The notes beneath the pieces were generated by a model that was not told where the DNA came from, ran no database searches, and saw only the letters and a program-made list of their open reading frames with translations. Below, one piece after another: positions 25,638-36,155 of a DNA stretch of 64,000 nt (the first letter of the stretch is position 1; each line of letters begins with the position of its first letter). This stretch comes from Azolla caroliniana (Eukaryota > Plantae > Polypodiophyta): the NCBI GenBank assembly GCA_043228905.1, contig JBHGNT010000016.1:10478001-10542000 (forward strand), written 5' to 3'. A program made the translations under genes and the position numbers.

Positions 25638-27537
25638 ATGATCCGTGGAGCTCATGCTCAACGTAGTTTCTAATTTCTTAAAGACTTGTGTCCAGAAGTC
25701 ACTAGTAAACTTTGGATCTCAATCACTCACGATATCCATCGGGAACCTATAAAAACGAAATAACTCGTCAATGAATTGGTAAGCCAATTCAGGAGTTGTT
25801 ATTGTGGTTTTAGTAGCAATAAATCTGACCATTTTAGTTAGTCTATCAACCACAACCCAGATGGCATCATGGCCTTTTTGGGTGCGAGGAAGGCTAACAA
25901 TAAAATCCATGGATATACTTTCCCACTTACTATTGGGAATGTCCAAGGGATGTAAAAGTCCTGCAGCCTTAAGTCGCTCGGCTTTGTTAACCTGGCATTG
26001 GTGACATTTAGTCACATATTTATGTATGTTAGTACACATCTTAGGCCAATCGAATTGAGTGGAGATGAGAACGAGTGTACGATGTATTCCAGGGTGCCTT
26101 GCTAAGGGTGCATAATGGCAGTAAAAAAGAATTCTCATTTTTTACCTCACGCAAATCTGGAACACAAACCTTCCCGTTACGGTAGATCAGCCCATCGTGC
26201 CTTACGACCTTTCAGGTCTTGTTGGTCACAAAAATATTTCAAGGACTCGTGGTCCATAGTTACCACAAAATGATCCGTGGAGCTCATGCTCAACGTAGTT
26301 TCTAATTTCTTAAAGACTTGTGTCCAGAAGTCACTAGTAAACTTTGGATCTCAATCACTCACGATATCCATCGGGAACCTATAAAAACGAAATAACTCGT
26401 CAATGAATTGGTAAGCCAATTCAGGAGTTGTTATTGTGGTTTTAGTAGCAATAAATCTGACCATTTTAGTTAGTCTATCAACCACAACCCAGATGGCATC
26501 ATGGCCTTTTTGGGTGCGAGGAAGGCTAACAATAAAATCCATGGATATACTTTCCCACTTACTATTGGGAATGTCCAAGGGATGTAAAAGTCCTGCAGCC
26601 TTAAGTCGCTCGGCTTTGTTAACCTGGCATTGGTGACATTTAGTCACATATTTATGTATGTTAGTACACATCTTAGGCCAATCGAATTGAGTGGAGATGA
26701 GAACGAGTGTACGATGTATTCCAGGGTGCCTTGCTAAGGGTGCATAATGGCAGTAAAAAAGAATTCTCATTTTTTACCTCACGCAAATCTGGAACACAAA
26801 CCTTCCCGTTACGGTAGATCAGCCCATCGTGCCTTACGACCTTTCAGGTCTTGTTGGTCACAAAAATATTTCAAGGACTCGTGGTCCATAGTTACCACAA
26901 AATGATCCGTGGAGCTCATGCTCAACGTAGTTTCTAATTTCTTAAAGACTTGTGTCCAGAAGTCACTAGTAAACTTTGGATCTCAATCACTCACGATATC
27001 CATCGGGAACCTATAAAAACGAAATAACTCGTCAATGAATTGGTAAGCCAATTCAGGAGTTGTTATTGTGGTTTTAGTAGCAATAAATCTGACCATTTTA
27101 GTTAGTCTATCAACCACAACCCAGATGGCATCATGGCCTTTTTGGGTGCGAGGAAGGCTAACAATAAAATCCATGGATATACTTTCCCACTTACTATTGG
27201 GAATGTCCAAGGGATGTAAAAGTCCTGCAGCCTTAAGTCGCTCGGCTTTGTTAACCTGGCATTGGTGACATTTAGTCACATATTTATGTATGTTAGTACA
27301 CATCTTAGGCCAATCGAATTGAGTGGAGATGAGAACGAGTGTACGATGTATTCCAGGGTGCCTTGCTAAGGGTGCATAATGGCAGTAAAAAAGAATTCTC
27401 ATTTTTTACCTCACGCAAATCTGGAACACAAACCTTCCCGTTACGGTAGATCAGCCCATCGTGCCTTACGACCTTTCAGGTCTTGTTGGTCACAAAAATA
27501 TTTCAAGGACTCGTGGTCCATAGTTACCACAAAATGA
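25638..27537. repeat. 632-bp tandem triplication of an integrase segment
   Basis: TGATCCGTGGAGCTC at 25639, 26271 and 26903. Three identical 139-aa ORFs. ATGAT microhomology at the junctions. Confidence 0.97.
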
Positions 27538-28380
27538 TTTGTATAAAGATAATGGCGCCATGTTTTGAGCGCATGTATAACTACAAATAATTCCTTTTCT
27601 TAAACTGTATACGGAGATTGAGCAAAATTAGGTTTCTTACTCTCGAATGCTATTGGTTTACCATCTTGATATAAGATAGCACATACAACATAATCGCTTG
27701 CATTAGTTTCAACCTCAAAAGGTTTTGAAGGATCAGGTAAAAGAAGCGAAGGAGCCTTGCACACCAGGTCCTTGAGTTCCTTAAAGGCGACGTCTAATGT
27801 AGCATGCCACACAATAGGTTTTGTAGACATACGCATTTGACCTTTTAGAAGATCAGTAAATGACGTCGTCAATTCAAAGTAATTATGAAGGGATTTTCGC
27901 AAAAACCCGACAAAACCAAGGAATGATCGAACTTTGGACCACTCTTGCATCGAGAAAATCCCTTGCATTCCTTGATTTTCTCGATGCAAGAACGATCAAT
28001 TTCAACTCCTCGTTCAGTTATGAGATGTCCAAGATAAGTAATAGATTTCTTGAAGAACTCTCATTTTGAGATCTTTGCGTAGAATTGCTTGTTGCGCAAT
28101 GTTTGTAAAACAACGCGGACATGTTTAGCATGTTCTTCTCATGTACGAGTATAAACTAAAATATTATCTAAGAAAATAACGACAAATTTTATCAAATTGA
28201 TCTTGGAAAATGTCATTCATTTATTGTTGAAAACTGGCCGGAGCATTGGTCAAACCAAATGGCATAACCAAACACTGATAACGGCCGTAACGTTGTCGCG
28301 TGGCACGTGACACACTTGCCAAACATCGGGATGTGCGCATCACAAGCGCGGACAAGCACCGGGCCTCTATCCGCTAGTGG

Positions 28381-29070
28381 TTATGGCGGATTGACGATGG
28401 GATTTCCGTGCCTACGGGTCGGTCGAACGGGACCACCAAGGTCTTTGACCGGGGAGAAAGAATCGGGTAAGTTGTGCCTGTAAGGAATTGGCCGTTTAGG
28501 TTTATTGTCGAGTCGTTCTTTGTGGCACGTTTGTTCACGATCACATCCTTGACTATCTTGGCCATTCCCCCCAAACGCATGTTCTTTGTTCCATGTCTCG
28601 TCATTATCGCATCCTTCTCTATCTTCCCTCTTGAGTTCACGTTCTTCGTCACATGTTTCTCCTTTGTTGAGTTTGCATCGATCCTCGTAACGACCATAGG
28701 CATGTCGATCTCGATCTCTCTCTTCAAATACTTGTTCTTCATCACATGTCTCTTCATGACCGTAGCTACGCCAATCTCGATCATCTTCATCATCGTCACC
28801 GTCGAGCAAACCATAAAAAGGTTGAGGCCCAAATCTTGACGTCAGAACCGCTTCGTACCAATCCGGAATTTCTGGATACAGTCTTTTGACTTGCCTTGCC
28901 AAGTTGAGATACTCCAACGCTCTATCCTTATCATCATGAAACATTATTTCGATGGCCTTCCTTACAAATAGAAGCAACATGAGCCTCAGACCACCTTCTA
29001 TTCTTATTGATTCCTCTAAGTCGTATACATCCAAGATCACATCCATCATTCGTGATGCCCCCATTACCAC
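28381..29070 (-). CDS. 229-aa ORF: divergent gag-like N-terminus plus acidic ETCDEE repeats, reading into the LTR remnant
   Basis: Starts just downstream of the PBS, in the gag position. Weak similarity by eye to the gags at 37163 and 61178. Confidence 0.45.
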   Translation of the reverse strand: MVMGASRMMDVILDVYDLEESIRIEGGLRLMLLLFVRKAIEIMFHDDKDRALEYLNLARQVKRLYPEIPDWYEAVLTSRFGPQPFYGLLDGDDDEDDRDWRSYGHEETCDEEQVFEERDRDRHAYGRYEDRCKLNKGETCDEERELKREDREGCDNDETWNKEHAFGGNGQDSQGCDREQTCHKERLDNKPKRPIPYRHNLPDSFSPVKDLGGPVRPTRRHGNPIVNPP

Positions 29071-29079
29071 CTTGTGTTG

Positions 29080-29097
29080 TTCACGTCAGGTTCACCA
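29080..29097 (-). promoter_or_regulatory. PBS complementary to tRNA-Trp
   Basis: TGGTGAACCTGACGTGAA, one mismatch to the complement of the plant tRNA-Trp 3' end TTCACGTCGGGTTCACCA (recalled sequence). Confidence 0.8.
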
Positions 29098-29475
29098 AAT
29101 AGATGTTGCGTGGCATGTGACACACATGCCAAACGTCAGGATGTGCGCGTCACAAGCGCGGACAAACACCGGGCCTCTATCCGCTAGTGGTTATGGAGGA
29201 TTGACGATGGGATTTCCGCGCCTACGGGTTGGTCGAACGGGACCACCAAGGTCTTTGACCGGGGAGAACGAATTGGGTGAGTTGTGCCTATAAGGTTTAT
29301 CTTCGAGTCGTTCTTTGTTGTCGAAGACACCCGAACCCGACTCAACGGTGCGCTGGATTGACGTGTAGGCAACTGAAGTAATGCACTAATGTGGTTGAGA
29401 GTGTGTGAGAGAGAGAAACGAAAATTGAGGAAGTGTTTTAGATAGATAAATAGACGACGGATTGAAATTCCAATT

Positions 29476-29533
29476 CTAGGTTTGAACCCTTGACTTTAAT
29501 TTAGAGAAACAAGACACATCACCAATAGGATAA
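29476..29533 (-). promoter_or_regulatory. tRNA-like Pol III A/B-box module in LTR, sense to the element
   Basis: Reverse complement TATCCTATTGG...GGGTTCAAACCT with tRNA-like spacing. Conserved at 59284-59337. Confidence 0.5.
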
Positions 29534-29811
29534 TTAGGTTTTCTTTTTAAAATGTCTTTATTTAATCCATAGCTTGCTTGATACATAGCTTGTTCGATTT
29601 ATCAATCGATTCCCACTTATATAGATGCCCCCATGCATATGTGCATGTGAGGGTGTAAGACATGTATACAATGCATGAAATGCATGTGATGCATGATTGC
29701 CATTTGGCGCTCATGCATCACATGTGGTGCATGATGACCATGTACCTCATCCAAGCTCTCATGTATGAGCATTCATATATGAAAAACATAATGATGATCT
29801 AAAGAAATAAC

Positions 29812-29872
29812 TTAGCCTAGTGGTAAGTCAGGTTTGTCCTATCTTGGAGGTGCAAGGTTCAATACTTGCACC
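29812..29872 (+). promoter_or_regulatory. tRNA-like Pol III A/B-box module in LTR U3, antisense to the element
   Basis: A box TAGCCTAGTGG, B box GGTTCAATAC in the stem GGTGCAAG/CTTGCACC, starts 43 nt apart. Conserved at 59568-59620. Confidence 0.6.
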
Positions 29873-31039
29873 CTTTCGTATGCTTGAAAATGCAAATAGG
29901 GTTTTGGTGTTCTCATAACATTTATATTTACAACATGCTAACGTATGAGAGTAACGATCACCCCTTTCATTTGTGTTCATATTACACCTTCTTGATTCCA
30001 CGCGATTTTCACACCATTGCCGAAAATCTGCACGACAACGCGTACAGAATGTCGTTTTAGGAACATCGTCCTCGCTTATACGAATTTGATAGTAGCCCAT
30101 ACGAAGATCAAGTTTCCTAAAAAACCAAGCTCCCTAGAGACTGTCAATTAGATTGTTGGCCCGGGGCATGGATATGAATTCTTTATCGTCACTTTATTCA
30201 GGCGTCGGTAATTAATACACATACGCCATGTGCCCTCTTTCTTTTTTACCAAGAGAATAGCTCCACCACATGGAAATTTACTATGACGTATATAAGCCAT
30301 TCGTAAATAGTCCTTTAGCTACTTAGATACCTCATCCTCTTCGGATCGACTTAAGAGATAAGGAGGTATACTTATTGGTGCAATGCCAGGTACAATATGT
30401 ATACGATGTTCTATATTATTTTTAGGAGGTAACTCATGTGGTAGTTCACTCAGAAAAACATCACGAAAATCATTTAGGATTTTATCGAGTTGTTGTTATT
30501 CAAAATATGATAATGGAACCGAGACATTATCGATATAGTAAACGTGAATGTCCGGATCAAGTACACAATAAAATAAAGTAGAACAAGAAAACTCGGATAT
30601 TGATGGCAAGGAAACAATCGAAAGATAGTGTTTTTTAACACATTGAATAAAATGACTACAATTGTTCAGTACAACAGTAATTGCATGATGAACCCAATGA
30701 ATTGATAAAAAAGAGTTTTCATTAAAAAACCATGGATAACCCAAGATTACATCACTGGTACAAAGATTCATTACATGGAAGTCTACTTCCTCTATATAAG
30801 TATCAATAGAAATTCCTAATGAATGAATCGCCCCGTTGATGTATTGTACTATTCCATCAGCCAAGTGCACCCTATAGGTGTGATCACTTACAGTGGGTTG
30901 AATTCCCCATATCTGAACCAAACGATCATTGACAAAATTGTGTGAGCTTCCTGAATCAAATAAAAATTCACATCCATTGATATACTCGTTTGTAGGTGGC
31001 GGCCTTACTCCCTAGTTCTCGGCCAACATATGCAATCTT

Positions 31040-33809
31040 TAGGCTTACCCCCTGGAGCTCAAACCGGGACTTTTCCCACACCTATTCTAGAGACTTCGGT
31101 GGCTGGCCCCAAGAGCCCACGTGAGACCGGAGAGACGGAAGATGGTGGCGGCAAAGCGGACGATCGAAACGACGGTAAGGAAGGTCATAGCGGACGGAGG
31201 AGAGACCCCTCGATACCAGGGCCGGAGACTATGACGGTTGCGTTCGAATGCCAACATAAGACTGGAGAGAAGGGCGGTGGCCGTGAGGTGGCGTGGCCCG
31301 GAGTGAACACGTACGAAGATAAGGATGCGAGGCCCAAAACAGGCATTTACGAGAGGACCGATGGAGAGGTCGGGAGCGGCAAAGAGGACAGAGTCGGGAA
31401 CTGACCCGACCGGAAGATGAACCGGTCGATAATCCGACACGACCGGAAGACAACGCGTGTAAGAAGATTGGAGTGGGGTCCGGTCAACTGGGCCCGAACC
31501 GAAGAAGAGACGGCAAGGCCGGATTTGTTCAGACAAACATGTACCGGCCGGTTACGATTACGGAAGGGAGCCGACCAAACCGGAACTCGATCGGCCGAGA
31601 CCAATTCGGGCGAAGGCTAAGTCGGCATGATTGGAGGTTGAGGCGAATGAGCCACAACACCCAGTGGGAGCCGGTGAGCGCAAGAAGGAGGCCAAGCATG
31701 CACAAGGAGTACGACTCGGTGGGAGACCAAGAGCGAGAGGGACCCTCCACACCTATTCTTGAGACTTTGGCGGTTGCGGATCGACGTAAGACCAAAGAGA
31801 CAACGGATGGCGACGAGGAGTCGGAGACCAGAACGGACGAGGCTACCGGAACGGGTACCCGGTGCGTGAAGGCAGATGAGCACGGCCAAGACGGCAAGCC
31901 GGAGTCAGTCGGGACTACGGCGGGAGAAGCGTGTAACACGAAGCATGCATTACGGCATAGAACGGAGCATGCACTACAGCTGACGAAGGGCCAAGAAGCA
32001 AACATGCACCCTGAAGAGCGGCAACGAGTGACCGGCAACGGCAGACCAGTCGAGCCTTTGAGAGGCAAGCACGCGGCAAGAGACGGAGCGGTGAGTTGCC
32101 GGGATTGGCGGATGAACAACGAGGGCGGAGGATGGTGCGTGGAGAGCAAAGAACTACGCATCGGGGAGAGAAAAAGCGTCGTCCCGGAGGACGTGCAAGG
32201 CCAAGCGGACCAAGAGGATGCGAGTTGGGATGAAGCGGTAACGAGAGCCACGAAGAACCCCGACACGAAGGTCGGGATGACGATACGCTCTACTACGAGA
32301 GAGCATGGAGAGCAAGGGAGAATCGGGGTGCGCGTAATGGGGTCACCTAAGGACCAAAGAATGAGCGTGCATTTGGAGGAGCCGCAACGAGTGATTGACG
32401 ATGACGGTCGGAAGAAGCCTTCGAGAGGCAAGCGCGGGACAACGGACGGTGCGACGAGACGCCAAGATCGACGGAACGAGACGGGCATGATCGGCATGAA
32501 CGAAGGATTGTGTCTAGGAAAACGGAGGGGATGCGCGGAGAACAACGGGGTACACACCGGGAAGAGAAAATGTGGCGGCTTCCCGGAGGGCATGCAAGGC
32601 CAAGCGGGCCAAGAGGGCCAAGAGGGCACAAGTCGAGGCGAGGCGGTAACGAGAGCCTCGAGGGACACCGACACGGAGGTCAGGTTGATGGTACGCTCTA
32701 CGGCAAGAGAGCACGACGGGCAAAGGAGAGGCAAGGAACGCGGAATGGGGTCGCCTAAGGGCCAAAGAATGAGCGCATATTCGGGAGACAACAAGGGCGC
32801 ATGGAAAGAGCCTACGAAAGGTGAGCGCGGAGCGGAGGGAATCTGCACGAGGTGTTCGAGACGAAGAGAAGATCGAGCCGGAGATAGAACACAAGCGGTA
32901 CGCGAGGGGCGCAATCCGGCGAGCAAACGGGGTGACCAAGGGCCTAATCGAAGGACCTACGTGGCGGACAAAGAAAGAGTGACTGGATCGGCAATGACGT
33001 TCGGGAGGACCGACCGGGGAGGAAGGTGCGTGCGGTGGATATGGTGGTTCGGATGGAGTCGATGTTTCGGGGACACATGGTGCACGTGGTGGATCGGTTG
33101 GAGCCTTCGGCTCGAGGACGTGCGACGGATACAGTGGAACGGGATGCTACAACGGTTCGTGTGGAAGGGACAGGCATGCTCGAAATGGAAAACGAAGCCG
33201 AGCAAGGCCAATGAGGACACGGTGGACCTTGGTTTTATCACCATGGTCAAAAAATCTCGCCTCTTCTCCTTTCTTGGCACATACCGGTGGATGTGCGGTT
33301 TGGTGGGGGCGGATGTCGTGAAGATTTTCGTCCATAGGCGGAAACCAGGGTGGAATAGGCAAATCGGTGTATAGAAATGGTGTATAGAAATAAGAGGGGA
33401 AATTCTATCCCACATTGTAAGGTTCCTCCCTCCTTGGGCTATAAAAGGAAGGGAGGGGTCACTTATGAAGGGGTTGCCTATTTTGAGGGAGAGAGGCATA
33501 CCACTTAGGTCGAGGGTTTCCTATTCGGTTTTAGGGTTTCGGTTAGGGTTTTCTTCTTGGGTTTTCCTTTAGGGTTTTTCGGATAGTCGTTTGGTGCGGC
33601 CATGGCGGCCACCATTGTAAAGCGTTTATGTTTCCTTAAACTAACTTGTTGAGTATCTTGCCTCCGTCTATTCTGTGTTATTGCCTTATTCTCTCTCTTC
33701 TCCTCTTGAGCTAAGCCTCCATATCCTATCTTATTCTTTCTCCTCTACTCCCTAGTCAGAGACCCCGTGGTCCCGCCCCTTCTACATGCATGCGCGTAGC
33801 AACGTGACA
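31040..33809 (+). mobile_element. 3' part of a Trp-family gypsy element: purine-rich internal region, PPT, 3' LTR 33314-33809
   Basis: PPT-like TGGTGGGGGCGGA then TGTCGTGAAGATTTTC...CAACGTGACA, with TATAAAA at ~33440. The internal region shares motifs with 38230-38530 and 59880-60525. Confidence 0.75.
31473..33374 (+). other. 633-codon low-complexity ORF (465-codon ORF on the opposite strand) in the element's 3' internal region; coding status unproven
   Basis: From the ORF track. Internal repeat PEDVQGQADQE...MGSPKDQRMS / PEGMQGQAGQE...MGSPKGQRMS. The T-poor strand makes chance ORFs more likely. Confidence 0.3.
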
Positions 33810-36155
33810 CCGAACTGTACCGGCAGCCAAAGATCTTTGACCACAAGCATGTCCCTCATCTTCGACTTCCACACTGAATAGTTGGAGACGGTGAACTTGA
33901 ACATGCTTTCGAATGACTCTTCCATCTATTGGTCACTTTGATACTAGATTGTGTGGAATAGTGCTCGGCCACAACCGAGCTAAACACTCAATGGAAGATC
34001 AAAACAAAAGTGGAGATTAATACACTTACATAGTCAATAGAGAGGACACATGATGTTTATGCCAGTATGACGATCGATACTGACGTGATGATAGGCATCG
34101 TCCCGAGGAAGATCACTATCAGCTCGACAATCGGTACCAACCTGAGGAGGATCGTTATCGGCCAGACAATCAGTACTAGCCCGAGGAAGTTCGTTATCGG
34201 CCTAGGGAGGTCCGCTATCAACTAGTGGATGACTACTACTGATACGATCAGAACAAAGAGTACGACCCAAGAAATTGTTCCGACCAAAGGCACGATCGAC
34301 AGCCTCCCCAACATAACCGAGCCCAGCAGTACGTCGCACCGCACAGAGAAGAAAACCCCAGACCGTATCAAACACCTAAATTTGAGCCAAGGGAGTCAAG
34401 CAACTCGGCGCCGCTCACGTGTTTTAACTATAATCAACTAGGGCATTGTGCCACACAATGTCCGGTCAATAGCATCACGGCTGAAGTCCAACAAGTCACA
34501 ACATGAAGCAAGGCCCAACACACACCATGGAAAGTCCAAGATGAAGTCCAGCAAGCCGCGAAGGAGTGGATCGCGAAAACTAATAATACAAATGTCGACC
34601 ACATGAATACCGAAATGAAGGACATCACTATCGGCGCGTCAGCTCACTAAAAACCTACCGATGTGCTCGACGATGATTGCAGTTCACAAGCACTGACCAA
34701 TTGCCAAATATCAAGGCCCCTAATTAAGCTCCTACATTTACTCCCACGATTCAAGGATACAATGATATCCTTGACTACCGAAAAGGATTAGACAACCATG
34801 CCTGTGCCCACTGGCGAGCCACGTATAGGAACACCACTAATGGACTCCCAGAACCCGGCAATAAAGATCATTGTTCACTGTTGTATTATCAATTAAGGGC
34901 TCAATGTGATCAGCGAGGATACTTGTCGAGTTCTCAGTATTACCCAATGGGAACCATGCCCATTTTCACTCCGTATGGCGGATACACAATATGTTTGGCC
35001 GATGGGTTTAATCTGACACCTCGATTTTATTCTCAGAGACCAAACCTTCAAGATTTTGACTATGGTGTTATGACTGCATGATCCTAGCGTCTACCCGATG
35101 CTGCTCAACCGTCCCTGGTTACACACAGCCAACATTAAGTAGCACTTGTAACACAACATGATCTCGTTCCGGCGTGGGAAAACTAAGGTACGTGTCGTCA
35201 CGGAGGAGCCAATCCGCAACCCACAACATACCACTGCCCTATATGCATAAAGTGTTCACATGCTCGATGGACTTGCTGTGGTGGAGGTCAACCCGATTGT
35301 TCCGTTGTTCGACATCGACATCATAACCGTTTTCAACTCTTATGTTTCCGAGGTGGTTGGAGAAGAGCAAGCGATCGGCTGAGAGCTCGATTCAAAATTG
35401 ATCGAAGAATTATGGTATGCACGTGGTGCTCAAACACGAACTAGCCATATCTCAATGGGTGAAGGCATCCACACTAGAAAAGATTAATCTCGGTACCACC
35501 ACAGATCCGAGAACACTAAAAATAGCAAAAGAGCTTACTCCCCATGAACGCTCAGCATTGTCCGGTCTACTCACGGAATATAAGAACATCTTTGCGTGGT
35601 CATACAATGACATGAAAGACTTAGACCCAACATACTATCCACACCAGATCCATCGGAAGCATGATGCACGACCTATACAACAACGTCGTCACAGAATGAA
35701 TTCTATTTATGCACAAAATTGAAAGAGGAAATCGATAGGCTCCTTCGGGTGGGATTTATTCGGCTAGTGAAACGTGCCATGTGGTTCAGCCCCATCGTGT
35801 TCATTCCCAAGAAAAATTGAAAAATAAGGGTCGGCGTCGATTATAGGAAGCTGAACGCGGGGATCATCACCAACGCTTTCCCTCTTCCGTTTACAGATGG
35901 TGTGCTCGATACTGTGGCGGGTCATGAGCGATATAGCTTCCTAGATGGGTTCAGCGGGTATAATCAGATCCACATGCACGTTGACGACCAAGAAAAAACA
36001 ACATTTGTAACAGAATGGGGCATTTTCATCGCAATCCTGATGATGTTTAGGTTAAAAATGGCATTAGCCACATTCCAACGTATCATGGAAGAAATTTTCG
36101 ATGAGTACATTCGGGCTTCCATGCAAGTGTTCCTCAATGATTTTGCAGTTTACGG
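33810..36155 (+). pseudogene. Decayed non-chromovirus gypsy (Tat/Athila-like) protease-RT
   Basis: LEKINLG...YKNIFAWSY, VDYRKLN, YSFLDGFSGYNQI...KTTFVTEWG...ATFQR...FLNDF. Confidence 0.8.

Larger units (their letters stand above)
28294..30037 (-). mobile_element. Deleted Trp-PBS gypsy element inserted in family A RT
   Basis: 5' LTR 29104-30037, PBS 29080-29097, short ORF, 3' LTR remnant 28294-~28523 matching 29104-29318. 4-bp TSD ACGT/ACGC; removal restores the host FCTRYG. Confidence 0.85.
24887..31040 (-). mobile_element. Decayed chromovirus family A internal region (protease-RT-RNase H-integrase-chromodomain)
   Basis: Chromodomain ERILDVK...KIKW...ATWE (24887-25243), integrase WESISMDFIV...IVSD, RNase H ETNASDY, RT KTTFCTRYG, protease 30496-30980. 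Confidence 0.88.

Noticed and set aside
29812-29872. Functional tRNA gene (also 50086-50150 and 59568-59620)
   Set aside because: No convincing anticodon stem-loop or proper acceptor geometry; only promoter boxes and a T-arm-like stem.
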